A stretch of DNA of 64,000 bases, taken from the NCBI GenBank assembly GCA_963809895.1, contig CAWELD010000003.1:1568001-1632000 (forward strand), written 5' to 3'. This stretch comes from an uncultured Gemmatimonadales bacterium (GTDB lineage: Bacteria > Gemmatimonadota > Gemmatimonadetes > Longimicrobiales > Gaopeijiaceae). The stretch's first letter is position 1, and the number at the start of each line of letters is the position of its first letter. Positions 54,082 to 64,000 of this stretch are shown piece by piece. The translations under genes were made by a program, and so were the position numbers. Under the pieces are notes generated by a model, which saw only the letters and a program-made list of their open reading frames with translations, searched no databases and was not told where the DNA came from.

Positions 54082-55294
54082 TCAGACCTTCTCGACCGAC
54101 AGGGCGACGGCATTGCCGCCGCCGAGGCAGAGGGTGGCGAGACCGGTGTCCACGCCACGGTCCTCCATGGCGTAGAGAAGCGTGATGAGGATACGGGCTC
54201 CGGACGCCCCGATGGGGTGGCCCAGCGCCACGGCGCCGCCGTTCACGTTCACCCGGGCCTCGTCCATTCCCAGGGCACGCATGTCTGCGATGGCCTGAAC
54301 GGCGAAGGCTTCGTTCACCTCGATGAGACCGTAGTCGTCCATGGAGGCACCGGTCTTCTCCATCAGGTTGCGCACGGCGGCGATGGGCGCGAAGAAGAGA
54401 TCCTTCGGCTCGGTGCCGCCCGAGGCGTAGCCGGTGATCACGGCCTGGATGTCCAGCCCGTTGGCCTCGGCGTACTCCTGCGAGCAGACGATGAGCGCGG
54501 CGGCTCCGTCGTTGAGTCCCGGCGCGTTGCCGGCGGTCACCACCAGGTTCTCGATGTCCGACGGCGCGTCGTTGGGGAACGCCGGACGCAGGCGGCCCAG
54601 CGCCTCCAGCGAGGTGTCGCGTCGGGGACCCTCGTCGGTGTCCACGACGGTGTCGCCCTTGCGGCCCTTGATGGTCACGGGGACGATCTCGCCGTCGAAC
54701 TTGCCGGCATCCATGGCCGCGATCGCCTTCTGGTGCGAACGCAGCGAGAAGGTGTCGGCGTCCTCGCGGGTCACACCGGCCTTGGCAGCCGTGTATTCGG
54801 CGTGGCCGCCCATGTGGCAGTTTCCGAAGGAGCACCACAACCCGTCGTGGATGAGACCGTCCACCAGCTTCTGATCGCCGAACTTCACCCCGGAGCGCAG
54901 ACCCCGGAGGTAGTACGGGACGTTGGACATGGATTCCATGCCGCCGGCCACGGCCATGCGGATGTCGCCGGCCTTGATGGCCTGGGCGGCGAGCATGACG
55001 GCCTTGAGTCCCGAGCCGCACACCTTGTTGATGGTGACGGCGGGAACCGTCGCGGGCACGCCGCCGTGGATCGCGGCCTGACGGGCGGGAGCCTGACCCC
55101 CGCCACCCTGCACGACGTTGCCGAGGATGACCTCGTCGATGTCGCCTGGTGTCGATGCCTGCACGCTCGATCGCGGCACGCACGGCCACGGCGCCGAGAT
55201 CGGCCGCCGTCAGGGGTGAGAGTCCGCCCAGGAAGCGGCCCACCGGAGTCCGGGCGCCGCTCACGATGACAGGGGTACGTGACTTGTCACTCAT
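54082..55294 (-). CDS. Acetyl-CoA C-acyltransferase (thiolase), +1 frameshift at ~55150
   Basis: N-terminus RTPVGRFLG in one frame; NKVCGSG, NEAF, GHPIG, CLGGG in the other. Confidence 0.9.
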
Positions 55295-55374
55295 GTATCT
55301 CTACCGGCTGGATTTCTGCGGCGGGAGGCTCCGCTGTGGCGAGCATCTGAAAATAGGCCAAATCGGGTCTCGGG

Positions 55375-56283
55375 TCAGCCCTCCGGAGCCTCGTCGCTCT
55401 CATCCCGCAGCGCCGGTCGGTCGCTGTCCGGGTCCAGACGCCCCCACGGAACGTCTGCATCGTGCTGGAAGACGAGCAGCCAGTCGCCCCGGTGTGCCTG
55501 CGCCCACAGCCCCGTCTTGGACTCCAGGGTGACCAGCGGCTCGAGGTCGTAGCCCATGATCCACGGCAGCGGAAGGTGCGCCGACGTGGGGCACACGTCG
55601 GCGAGGAAGCACGCCGTCTCGCCGTCGCTCTCCACCAGAACCGAGTGGTGGTGGGGCGTGTGGCCCGGCGTGGGCAGGACGCGCACACCCTCCGTCACCT
55701 CGGCGGGGCCCTCGACGAAACGCCACAGCCCGGCGTCGGCTACAGGATCGAAGTTGTGCCCCAGATAGCTGGCCCGGATGCGTGGGTTGTTCCGGTGGGC
55801 GAAGTCGAACTCGCCCCGCTGCACCACGTACGACGCGTCGGGAAAGGTCGGACGTACGTCGCCGTCCTCGGTGCGCACCGTGTCTCCGCCGGCGTGATCG
55901 AAGTGGAGGTGCGTGTTCAGGACGATGTCCACGTCGCCGGGCTGGAAGCCCGCGGCCCGGATGGCGTCCTCGAGGCGCGTGGGATCACCTTCGTTGTCCA
56001 CGCCGAAGATCTCCCGGAAGCGCGCGTCCTCCTTGTTGCCGATCCCGGTGTCCACGAGCACGAGCGCCGAGGGCGCCTCCACGAGAAGGCAACGGAGCGC
56101 CAGTGGGATGCGGTTGCGGTCGTCGGAGGGAATGCGCCGCTCCCACAGCGGCTTGGGCACGACCCCGAACATGGCGCCGCCGTCCAGCCATTGGAGACCC
56201 GCCTCCAGCGCGTGGAGCGTGATGCGGCCCACGCGTGTGGTGCGGACCAGCGGAAGGTCGGCCGCGTGTCTCGTCGGGGTCAT
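55375..56283 (-). CDS. MBL-fold metallo-hydrolase (YtnP-like)
   Basis: LDGGAMFGVVPK, THLHFDHAGG, GHT. Confidence 0.88.
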   Translation of the reverse strand: MTPTRHAADLPLVRTTRVGRITLHALEAGLQWLDGGAMFGVVPKPLWERRIPSDDRNRIPLALRCLLVEAPSALVLVDTGIGNKEDARFREIFGVDNEGDPTRLEDAIRAAGFQPGDVDIVLNTHLHFDHAGGDTVRTEDGDVRPTFPDASYVVQRGEFDFAHRNNPRIRASYLGHNFDPVADAGLWRFVEGPAEVTEGVRVLPTPGHTPHHHSVLVESDGETACFLADVCPTSAHLPLPWIMGYDLEPLVTLESKTGLWAQAHRGDWLLVFQHDADVPWGRLDPDSDRPALRDESDEAPEG

Positions 56284-57095
56284 GGCGCCTCGCGGGGTGG
56301 TGGACGGCGGCGGCGGCGGGCCCGACCTCGAAGCACGCGCCGGAGCGTGTCCAGATCGTGGATGCCCTGCTGCCCCGCCTCGTCCAGGAGCCGCACCAGG
56401 ATGCGAGCCGTGGCCACGGCATCGCCCAACGCCCGATGACGGCCCTGGATGGGCACGCCGAAATAGGCCGCCAGCGCATCCAGGTTCCGGCGACGCAGCC
56501 GGGGCAGGAGGCCGCGGGCCAACTGCACGGTGCACAGCGTGGGACCCAGCGACGCGTCACCCAGCGCGTGAATCAGCTCCTGCCTCACGAAGCGGCGATC
56601 GAATGCCGCGTTGTGGGCCACGAACACGCGTCCCTGGAGCCGGTCCGCGATCTCGGGGGCCACATGCTCGAAGAAGGGTGCCGCGGACACCATCTGGCGG
56701 GTGATCCCGGTGAGGGCGGTCACCACGGGTGGAATGGTCCGCCCGGGATTCACCAGGGTGCTGAACTCGCCGGCCAACGCCCCGTCCACGACCTCCACCA
56801 CGGCGATCTCGGTGATGCGGTGTCCGCTGCCCGGTGACCCTCCGGTGGTCTCCACGTCCACGACGGCGTAGTCGAGGCGCCCCAGGGGTGGGCCCAGGGG
56901 ACCCTCTTCCATGGCCCACACGCCCGCGGCGTCCACATGGAAGCGGGGGTCCGTGCCCAGAAGGGCGAAGACGGCGGCCGACGCGGCTCCCGGGTGGCCC
57001 TCGAGTCCGAGCACCTCGCGCGCCAGGGCGAGGGTGTGGGTGGGGCCGGTCTTGAGTCGCTCGGCGACGCGCTGGACCAGGCTCGCGCCGCTCAC
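56280..57095 (-). CDS. DEDDh 3'-5' exonuclease (DnaQ-like)
   Basis: VVDVETTG, AHNAAFD, HRALGDA. Confidence 0.9.
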   Translation of the reverse strand: MSGASLVQRVAERLKTGPTHTLALAREVLGLEGHPGAASAAVFALLGTDPRFHVDAAGVWAMEEGPLGPPLGRLDYAVVDVETTGGSPGSGHRITEIAVVEVVDGALAGEFSTLVNPGRTIPPVVTALTGITRQMVSAAPFFEHVAPEIADRLQGRVFVAHNAAFDRRFVRQELIHALGDASLGPTLCTVQLARGLLPRLRRRNLDALAAYFGVPIQGRHRALGDAVATARILVRLLDEAGQQGIHDLDTLRRVLRGRARRRRRPPPREAP

Positions 57096-57727
57096 CGCAC
57101 GGCGTCGGGGTGGGTGAGCTCGAAGGACAGCGCCTCCAGCTCCATGACCATGTTCACGTCCTGGACGGCCACCTCGGGCGGGACCCGGAGCTGGGTGGGC
57201 GCGAAGTTCAGGATTCCCCGGACCCCGACCGCCACGGCCCGATCCGCCAGCTCCTGCGCCGCCTCGGACGGCACGGCCAGGATGAGCACCTCCACGGCCT
57301 CGCGCCGAACCACGTCTTCCAGCGCGGCGGCATCCTCCACCGCCACGTCGCCCCAGCGACCACCGACCTTGGCCGGATCGGCGTCCAGCACCGTGACGAT
57401 GTCGAAGCCCCGTCGGCGGAAGTCGGCGTACTCGAAGAGCGCGGAGCCGATGCGTCCAGCCCCCACCAGGGCCACGCGCCAGCTCCTGTTCAGGCCCAGG
57501 ATGGCGCGCAGGTGCTCGGCGAGGTCGGACACCCGGTATCCCAGCCCCCGCTTGCCGAACGACCCGAACAGGGAGAGGTCCTTGCGAACCTGCGCCGCGG
57601 TGGTGCCCGCCCGCCCCGCGAGGACCTCGCTGGAGACGGTGTCGGCACCCCTCCGCCCCAACTGTTCGAGGATGCGGAGGTAGTGTGAAAGCCGACGAAC
57701 CGTGGAATCCGAAACCTTGCGCGACAC
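57092..57727 (-). CDS. rex: Redox-sensing transcriptional repressor Rex
   Basis: RRLSHYLR, QVRKDLS.FG.FGKRGLGY, GAGRIG, ILNFAP. Confidence 0.95.
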   Translation of the reverse strand: MSRKVSDSTVRRLSHYLRILEQLGRRGADTVSSEVLAGRAGTTAAQVRKDLSLFGSFGKRGLGYRVSDLAEHLRAILGLNRSWRVALVGAGRIGSALFEYADFRRRGFDIVTVLDADPAKVGGRWGDVAVEDAAALEDVVRREAVEVLILAVPSEAAQELADRAVAVGVRGILNFAPTQLRVPPEVAVQDVNMVMELEALSFELTHPDAVR

Positions 57728-57809
57728 GAAAAAGGCGTCCTGCAGAAGTACACCCGACCGCACCCACCACCACGTAGGATCCGGGCCGGTCGTAGACCCG
57801 CATCCCTGC

Positions 57810-57855
57810 TTGTGAAAAGCGTCACAAAGCTAGCCTGGCCGCGGGGTTCGGGCAA
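57810..57855 (-). promoter_or_regulatory. rex promoter with overlapping Rex operator
   Basis: TTGCCC-N17-TAGCTT, abutting TTGTGAAAAGCGTCACAA (57810-57827), one mismatch from TTGTGAA-N4-TTCACAA. Confidence 0.85.
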
Positions 57856-57881
57856 CGCACCGCACCGGCGAGCGGACCGGC

Positions 57882-58682
57882 TCACCGGCTCCCGGCAACC
57901 TCCCGCGCCAGGGCCAGGAGCTCCGACGGAGCGAAGGTCTCGGGCCGGCGCGTGAAGTCCAGCGCGAGCCCGTCGGCCAATTCCCGGACCCGGTCACGGG
58001 CGAGATCCAGATCCGGATGGTCCCGCAGGATCTTCTGCATCTGCTTGCGACGCCACTGGAAGCTCGCCCGCGTCAGGATCCGCAGCGCCTCTTCGTCACC
58101 GACGCTGAGCCGAGGAGGGTGGTGCGGGACGATCTCCACGACGGCGGAGTCCACGTTGGGTACCGGACGAAAGGCGTTGCGGGACACCCCGAAGCACAGA
58201 CGAGCGCTTGCGACGCTCTGCACGCCCACGGCCAGGGCACCGTACGCCGAGGTGCCCGCCTCTGCGACGATGCGATGGGCGACCTCGGCCTGCACCATGA
58301 GCACGATGCGGCGCGGCCGCGGGCGAGCCAGGAGGTGGAAGAGGATGGGCGTGGTGATGTTGTAGGGGATGTTGCCCACCACGAGGAGCTCGGCCACGTC
58401 GGGGATCCGCTCCGCCAGTGGCACGCGCAGGATGTCGTCGTGATGCACCACCACGTCGGGCCGGGCGCCGAAGCGAGCGTCGAGCTCCGTCGCCAGCTCG
58501 TCGTCCAGCTCCACCAGGTCCAACCGTCGCACGGTGCCCGCGAGATGCCCGGTCAGCGCACCGCGCCCGGGACCGATCTCCAATACGTGATCCCCGGGCC
58601 CCGCCGCCAGCGCCTCCACGATCTTCCGCTGGAGGTTGCCGTCGACCAGGAAGTTCTGGCCCAGCGAACGCTTGGCCCGCAT
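57882..58682 (-). CDS. rsmA: 16S rRNA m6,2A dimethyltransferase
   Basis: KRSLGQNFL, EIGPGRG, NIPYNIT, P.PNVDS. Confidence 0.95.
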   Translation of the reverse strand: MRAKRSLGQNFLVDGNLQRKIVEALAAGPGDHVLEIGPGRGALTGHLAGTVRRLDLVELDDELATELDARFGARPDVVVHHDDILRVPLAERIPDVAELLVVGNIPYNITTPILFHLLARPRPRRIVLMVQAEVAHRIVAEAGTSAYGALAVGVQSVASARLCFGVSRNAFRPVPNVDSAVVEIVPHHPPRLSVGDEEALRILTRASFQWRRKQMQKILRDHPDLDLARDRVRELADGLALDFTRRPETFAPSELLALAREVAGSR

Positions 58683-58689
58683 GTCCCGG

Positions 58690-60276
58690 TCAGGGACCGG
58701 CGAGGATGACGGCCGTGCGGTCGTCAGGGGGGATCGTGGGACGGGCGTCCCTGGCCAGGACGAAGAGGGCGTCGACGATCTCCGCCGGCGAACGCTTGCA
58801 ATTCGCGGCCACCGTCTCGAGGAGAAGGGCCTCCCCGTCCGGAGAGCCGCCCGTGGCGAGAATGTCCGACAGCCCGTCGGTGAACAGCAACACCAGGTCG
58901 GTCGCCGGATTCCAGTCGCGGCGCTCCTCGCCGTAGGCGTCGGGGCCGGCGATGCCCACCGGAGGGTCGGTCGCCAGGAGTCGTGTGGCGTCGCCGGCGC
59001 CGTCCACCACGAATGCGTGGGGATGGCCGGCGTTGCTGTAGGTCAGCGTGCCTGCCGCGGGATCCACCACCACGTACACCAGCGACAGATACATCTCGGT
59101 GGTCTCCAGCTCGTCGCGGAGCGCGTCGTCGAGGTGGCGAAGCACCTTGGCCGGGGCGGCGAACTCCGATGCGTAGATGGTGGCCGCGCTCATGGTCAGC
59201 GCCATGATGAGCGCCGCCGGGAACCCGTGTCCCGAGACGTCGCCCACCATGATCCCCACGCGACCCTCGGACAGCCGGAAGACCTGATAGAAGTCCCCCC
59301 CGACCATCTCGGCGGGCTCGACGCGGGCCGCGAGACGGACCCCGTCCAGCCGATCCACCGTGGGCAGGAGCTTCATCTGGAGGTTGTGGGCCAGCTCCAT
59401 CTCCCGGGCCATGCGCTCCCGGGCCAGGCTCTGACGGATCAGCCGATTGTTCTCCAGCGCGGCGCCCACCTGGCTGGCGATGGCGCTCAGGAGCTTCTGG
59501 TCCGAGGCCGTGAAGCGCCCACCGTGGCGCCGTCCGATGAGGTTGATGACCCCCACCGTGCGGGCGCGTCCCTCGGGTGGCGTGTACCGGATCGGCACGG
59601 ACAGGACCGTGTCGGAGCGGTCCAGCTCGACCCCCGGCATGGCTTCGGCCTTGAGCGCGCTCTCGCTGGAGATGAGGGGGCGCCCGTCGCGAAAGACCCT
59701 GGCCGTGAGGGCCCGGTCGTCGTCGACCGGGATGGGATCCCGCAGCCCTCCCTCCCCCACCGAGGCCACCAGGTTCAGTACCCGCCCGTCGGGATCGTGG
59801 ACCCAGAGCGAGCCTCGGCGCGCACCGAGGACGTCGCAGACTTCGGTCAGGATGTTGCGCGCCGCCTCCTCGAGCCGGAGGATCGAGCCCAGCGTCTCGC
59901 TGATGGAGTAGAGGAGGTTGATTTCCTCGTAGCGCTCGGAGAGCTCGAAGGTGAAGAAGCGGACCTCCTGTGCGAAGTCCAGCGTCCGCTCCAGCGTGAT
60001 GCCTACGAGATCCGCCATGGCCTCCGGGTCGCCGCCGTCCAGGGCCCGCACTTCGAGCTCGAGCTGAGAGCCGTCTCGCGGCTGGAGCATGCGGAGCCGC
60101 GCCCGGGCGACGCCGTCGGCGAACACCGAGCCGTCGTCGGGATAGACCGGGATCCGCCCCCGACCCTCCTCCACGCGCCAGAGGCGGAGATCCAGGCGAA
60201 GATGCGTTCGGAGGTCGTCCAGCGTCTGGCGAGCGGACTCGGGCAGGGGGAGTCGGCGTAGCCGCTCCGGCGTCAT
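58690..60276 (-). CDS. GAF + SpoIIE/PP2C phosphatase (RsbU-like)
   Basis: GAF domain; VGGDFY, GDVSGHG, NAGHP, FTDGL, DDRT. Confidence 0.9.
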   Translation of the reverse strand: MTPERLRRLPLPESARQTLDDLRTHLRLDLRLWRVEEGRGRIPVYPDDGSVFADGVARARLRMLQPRDGSQLELEVRALDGGDPEAMADLVGITLERTLDFAQEVRFFTFELSERYEEINLLYSISETLGSILRLEEAARNILTEVCDVLGARRGSLWVHDPDGRVLNLVASVGEGGLRDPIPVDDDRALTARVFRDGRPLISSESALKAEAMPGVELDRSDTVLSVPIRYTPPEGRARTVGVINLIGRRHGGRFTASDQKLLSAIASQVGAALENNRLIRQSLARERMAREMELAHNLQMKLLPTVDRLDGVRLAARVEPAEMVGGDFYQVFRLSEGRVGIMVGDVSGHGFPAALIMALTMSAATIYASEFAAPAKVLRHLDDALRDELETTEMYLSLVYVVVDPAAGTLTYSNAGHPHAFVVDGAGDATRLLATDPPVGIAGPDAYGEERRDWNPATDLVLLFTDGLSDILATGGSPDGEALLLETVAANCKRSPAEIVDALFVLARDARPTIPPDDRTAVILAGP

Positions 60277-60710
60277 GCGAGCGCCGCCCCACCCAGCTCG
60301 GTCGACTCCAGGCGGAGCACCAATGTCACCGAATTGCCGAGGTCGTTGTAGCGGACCTCGTCCAGAAGCTCGCGCATGAGAAACAGCCCGCGTCCGCCGG
60401 CGCGGGTGAGGTTCTCCGGCGTGGTGGGATCGGGCACCCCGTCGGGGTCGAAGCCCGTGCCCTCGTCGGTGACGCGCGCCGTGATGGCCACGGCGGATAC
60501 CACGATCTCGACACGTACGCGCTTGGAGGGATCCGCCGCGTTGCCGTACAGCATCGCGTTGGACAACGCCTCCGTGAGACCCACGCGGAAGTTCAGGCGA
60601 AGCTTACGCGCGTACTCGCTGCATTCCGTGCACCGTCGGACGACGTAGTCGACGGCGTGCGGAATCGCACGCAGGTCGTTGGGTAGCTCGAGGACCAGTT
60701 CCGTATCCAT
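60273..60710 (-). CDS. Anti-sigma factor/Ser kinase (RsbW-like)
   Basis: EALSNAMLYGN, DEGTGFD, GGRGLFLM. Confidence 0.88.
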   Translation of the reverse strand: MDTELVLELPNDLRAIPHAVDYVVRRCTECSEYARKLRLNFRVGLTEALSNAMLYGNAADPSKRVRVEIVVSAVAITARVTDEGTGFDPDGVPDPTTPENLTRAGGRGLFLMRELLDEVRYNDLGNSVTLVLRLESTELGGAALA

Positions 60711-60760
60711 TCTCCGCCGCGAGGAGGGAACGATGCGGGACCGCGAGAGGGGATTTCCCC

Positions 60761-61093
60761 TCAGAAGCCTTCCAGGGCTTCTTCCCTGGAATCGGCGATC
60801 CTGAAAAGCGTGTCCAGCTTGGTCAACTCGAAGAGGGTCCTGAGATCCTCGTTCAGCGATGCGAGCCGGAGCTCACCCCCCTGCTCGCGGATCTTCTTGG
60901 ACAGGCTGACCAGCACACCCAATCCCGAAGAATCGATGTAGCCGGTGTTGGCGAAGTCGATGACGAATTTCCGATCGCCGGCTTCCAGCTCCTCCAGGAC
61001 CTTCTGCTTGAGCTCCTGGCGGTTGCCGACGATGAGTTGTCCGTCCACGTCGACGATGGTCACGTCGTTCTGCTTCACCACCGTGAAGGCCAT
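60761..61093 (-). CDS. STAS anti-sigma antagonist (RsbV-like)
   Basis: YIDSSGLGVLV; ATG at 61093. Confidence 0.9.
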   Translation of the reverse strand: MAFTVVKQNDVTIVDVDGQLIVGNRQELKQKVLEELEAGDRKFVIDFANTGYIDSSGLGVLVSLSKKIREQGGELRLASLNEDLRTLFELTKLDTLFRIADSREEALEGF

Positions 61094-61215
61094 GCCGTTC
61101 CTCCGCATCGGTCGAGCCCGGCCATGGGCCGGAAGAGCGGCCCAGGGGTGCGGGCCGGGACGTTCCAAGGATAGTCGAGGCGCCCCGTCCGGATCAAGGA
61201 CGGCGGAACACCTGT

Positions 61216-62253
61216 TTATGTCGACGCCCCGGCAGACGGGTCCGGTGGGCCCCCCGCCAGGAGCGCCGTGATGCAGGCCACCTCGACGATGTCGGTGGCC
61301 GTCGCACCTCGCGAAAGATCGTTGCACGGGCGGCGGAGACCCTGCACGATGGGCCCCACGGCGGCGGCTCGCGCCAACCGCTGCGTGAGCTTGTAGCCGA
61401 TGTTGCCGGCATCGAGATCGGGAAACACCAGGACGTTGGCGTGGCCCGCCACAGCCGACCCCGGCGCCTTGCGGGCCGCCACCTCCAGGACGAGGGCCGC
61501 ATCGGCCTGCAGCTCGCCGTCGGCGGGAACCTCGGGCATGCGCTGCCGGAAGAGCTCCAGCGCCGCGCGCACCTTGTCCACCGACGGCCCCTCGGCGCTG
61601 CCGCGGGTGGCGTAGGAGAGGAAGGCCACGCGCGGCTCGTCGCCCACCACCTTGCGGCGGGCCCGGGCCGCCGCCACGGCGATGTCGGCGAGTTGCTCGG
61701 CGTCTGGATCCGGCACCACGGCTCCATCGGTGTAGGTGAGCACCTCGGAGCCTTCGCCCCTGAAGTCGGGCACCACCATGTAGAACGACGACGACACCGT
61801 GCGGATGCCCGGCGCGGGACCCACGCACCAGAATGCGGCCCGCATGACGTCGGCGGTGGCGTGGGCGGCACCGGCCACCGAGCCGTCCACCTCGCCCCTG
61901 CGCAACATGAGTGCGCCGCGGACCAGGGGGTCGGTCGCAGCGACCCGAGCCTGCTCCGGGGTCATGCCCTTGTGTGCCCGGGCCTCGAGCAGGGTGGCCG
62001 CGTAGGCGTCGACGTCGTCTCGGGGGTCGAGGATCGCAACGGCGTCCGCGTCGCCCCCCACCGAGGCCAGGCCCTTCCGGACCACCTCCGCCGGGCCCAG
62101 GAGCACGGGGCGCACGAGTCCGGCGCCGAGGAGCTCCACGGCCGCGGCCCACGTACGGGGGTCGTCGCCTTCGGGAAAGACCAGCGTACGATCCGCGGCG
62201 CGCGCCCGGGTGCGAATGGAGCGTTGAAACTGCGAGCCTTCGTCGTGGGTCAT
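61216..62253 (-). CDS. pta: Phosphate acetyltransferase
   Basis: [41 protein letters not shown]. Confidence 0.92.
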   Translation of the reverse strand: MTHDEGSQFQRSIRTRARAADRTLVFPEGDDPRTWAAAVELLGAGLVRPVLLGPAEVVRKGLASVGGDADAVAILDPRDDVDAYAATLLEARAHKGMTPEQARVAATDPLVRGALMLRRGEVDGSVAGAAHATADVMRAAFWCVGPAPGIRTVSSSFYMVVPDFRGEGSEVLTYTDGAVVPDPDAEQLADIAVAAARARRKVVGDEPRVAFLSYATRGSAEGPSVDKVRAALELFRQRMPEVPADGELQADAALVLEVAARKAPGSAVAGHANVLVFPDLDAGNIGYKLTQRLARAAAVGPIVQGLRRPCNDLSRGATATDIVEVACITALLAGGPPDPSAGAST

Positions 62254-62756
62254 GCCGGCCCGCCGAACTTCTCCCGCAGCCTCGTCAGGACCGGGGGCGA
62301 CACGAACGCCGACACGTCCCCGCCGAGGCGCGCCACCTCGCGGACCAGCGAAGCGGACAGGAACGAGTAGTTCACGTCGGGCGTGAGAAAGAGCGTGTCG
62401 ATCTCGCTCCACAGCTCCTGGTTCATCTGCGCCATCTGGAACTCGTACTCGAAGTCCGACACCGCCCGCAGACCGCGAATCACGAAGTGGGCGTCGATAT
62501 CCCGACAGTAATCCACGAGCAGGCCCTGGAACTGGGTGCACTCCACCCGTGGATCCCCGGCGAAGACCTCGCCCAGCATCGCCAGGCGCTCTTCCACGCT
62601 GAAGAGGGTCTGCTTCTTCTGGGTCGCGGTGTGGGCCACGGCCACCACCACCCGGTCCGCGAAGCGCAGACAGCGTCGGGTGATGTCCTCGTGGCCCCGG
62701 GTGATGGGATCGAAGGAACCGGGGTAGACGGCGACGAGCGGACGGTCCGCGTTCAT
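62250..62756 (-). CDS. coaD: Phosphopantetheine adenylyltransferase
   Basis: [24 protein letters not shown]. Confidence 0.96.
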   Translation of the reverse strand: MNADRPLVAVYPGSFDPITRGHEDITRRCLRFADRVVVAVAHTATQKKQTLFSVEERLAMLGEVFAGDPRVECTQFQGLLVDYCRDIDAHFVIRGLRAVSDFEYEFQMAQMNQELWSEIDTLFLTPDVNYSFLSASLVREVARLGGDVSAFVSPPVLTRLREKFGGPA

Positions 62757-63280
62757 GCGTCGGCAACCAGGATCGAGAGTGTGGTGTCCCCGTACCTGCG
62801 CTGGCGCAGGCCGGGAAGCGGGGGGAGTGCCTCGTCGGTACGATGCTCGACCCAGAGCTCGCGCGCAAAGGGCCGGCCTCGGTAGCGGCCCAGAACCTCG
62901 GCAGCCAGGCCGCGGCCGTAGGGAGGATCCGCCACCGCGAGATCGTAGGCGATTTCGGGAATGCCGTCCACGAAGGCCAGGGCGTCCTGTCTCACCACCC
63001 TCGACCCGGCTTCGGCACCGAGCAGGCGGATGTTGGCCTCCAGGACCCGGAGCGACGCGGGCGCCCGCTCCACGAAGGTGCAGTGCTCCGCCCCCCGGCT
63101 CAGACACTCGAGCCCGAGAGCTCCCGAGCCGGCGAACAGGTCCAGGACCCGGAGGCCGTCGAAGCGCCCCCCCATGGCGGACATCCACGCTTCGCGCACC
63201 CGGTCGGTGGTGGGACGCACCCCTCGACCCTGGAGGGGCGTCAGGCGCCGGCCCCTCCAGCTTCCCGCGATGATCCTCAT
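62753..63280 (-). CDS. rsmD: 16S rRNA m2G966 methyltransferase
   Basis: [26 protein letters not shown]. Confidence 0.94.
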   Translation of the reverse strand: MRIIAGSWRGRRLTPLQGRGVRPTTDRVREAWMSAMGGRFDGLRVLDLFAGSGALGLECLSRGAEHCTFVERAPASLRVLEANIRLLGAEAGSRVVRQDALAFVDGIPEIAYDLAVADPPYGRGLAAEVLGRYRGRPFARELWVEHRTDEALPPLPGLRQRRYGDTTLSILVADA

Positions 63281-64000
63281 GCGTCCGATGCGCGGGTGGA
63301 GCCCTCGTGGAGGCGCAGGTCCAGAAGCCGGAGCTGTGCCGTGCGGGTGCCGCGGTACTCGTTGGCGGTGACCTGGAAGACCGCATCCACCCGCGCGCCC
63401 CGCACCGAGTCCGGCGCCACGCGCTCCGCCAGCCCGAAGCCGATGGCCGGCCGGGTGATGCCCTCAGATTCCAACGTGAGCTTCAGGTGGCCCGTGCCCA
63501 CCTCGCGGGGATCGCCCACCACACGCAGACCCCGCCCCACGAAGACCGGGCGTGGATTGCCCATGCCGTGGGGGCCGAGATAGCGGCACAGATCGGCGAA
63601 TCCCAGGTCCGCGTCGGCCAACGACAGCTCCATGTCCACGGACAGTGTGGGCGTGGGTTCCCGCCCCTCGAGACGGCGACGCGCCTCGTCGTTGAACGCC
63701 GCGCGGAAGGCGTCGAGCCGGTCGTGCTCCAGATCCATGCCCGCGGCCTGGCGGTGCCCGCCGAAGCGAGTCAGATGCGCGCCGCAGGCGTGGATGGCGT
63801 CGTAGAGGTGGAAGCCGGGAACGGACCGCCCGCTCCCCCGGCCGCGTCCGTTGCCGAGAGCCACCAGAATCACGGGGCGGTAGACCCGCTCCACGACGCG
63901 CGAAGCGACGATGCCGATGACGCCCGGATGCCAGCCCTCGGCGGCCAGCACGACGCCGTAGTCCCGCTCGGGATCGTACCCGTCCTCGAGCTGCTCCAGC
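63277..64000 (-). CDS. recJ: ssDNA exonuclease RecJ (C-terminal part; start outside the window)
   Basis: WHPGVIGIVASR, GSGRS, FGGH..AAG, GMGNPRP. Confidence 0.92.
   Translation of the reverse strand, partial: LEQLEDGYDPERDYGVVLAAEGWHPGVIGIVASRVVERVYRPVILVALGNGRGRGSGRSVPGFHLYDAIHACGAHLTRFGGHRQAAGMDLEHDRLDAFRAAFNDEARRRLEGREPTPTLSVDMELSLADADLGFADLCRYLGPHGMGNPRPVFVGRGLRVVGDPREVGTGHLKLTLESEGITRPAIGFGLAERVAPDSVRGARVDAVFQVTANEYRGTRTAQLRLLDLRLHEGSTRASDA

Noticed and set aside
55140..55160. Programmed frameshift in thiolase
   Set aside because: No slippery site; it fits the pattern of scattered single-base indels.

Overview
High-GC bacterial chromosome segment; gene content and surface-protein style suggest Gemmatimonadota (inference). 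Most of it is minus-strand housekeeping operons: recJ-rsmD-coaD-pta-RsbV/W/U-like-rsmA; rex-DEDDh exonuclease-MBL-thiolase-bioY-CPBP-hbd-acyl-CoA DH-Leu DH-glyA; nnr-thiL-plsC-eno-ftsB; GDPD-tilS-hpt-ftsH-folP-cdaA-exbB-exbD-exbD-tonB; yggS-divIVA-ileS-rluA. Two accessory segments with visibly lower GC sit next to tRNA loci. (1) Positions 1-4816 encode beta-propeller and secreted proteins plus a dead antitoxin, and end at a tRNA-Val(TAC) that stops just after its anticodon loop. (2) Positions ~32650-36500, downstream of tRNA-Met, carry a LamG lipoprotein, an IS3-like end remnant and a solitary TerB-like/wHTH/2xSAP/FokI-like PD-(D/E)xK nuclease, the best defence-system candidate here. A second candidate system is a translationally coupled operon: tandem DnaA-type AAA+ protein with no DNA-binding domain, DUF4388-MshEN-TPR protein, membrane-anchored gluzincin and an orphan sigma54 response regulator. 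Single-base frameshifts in ileS, thiolase, an Ig-like protein and the nuclease most likely reflect assembly indels. All calls come from reading motifs by eye; no database searches were run.
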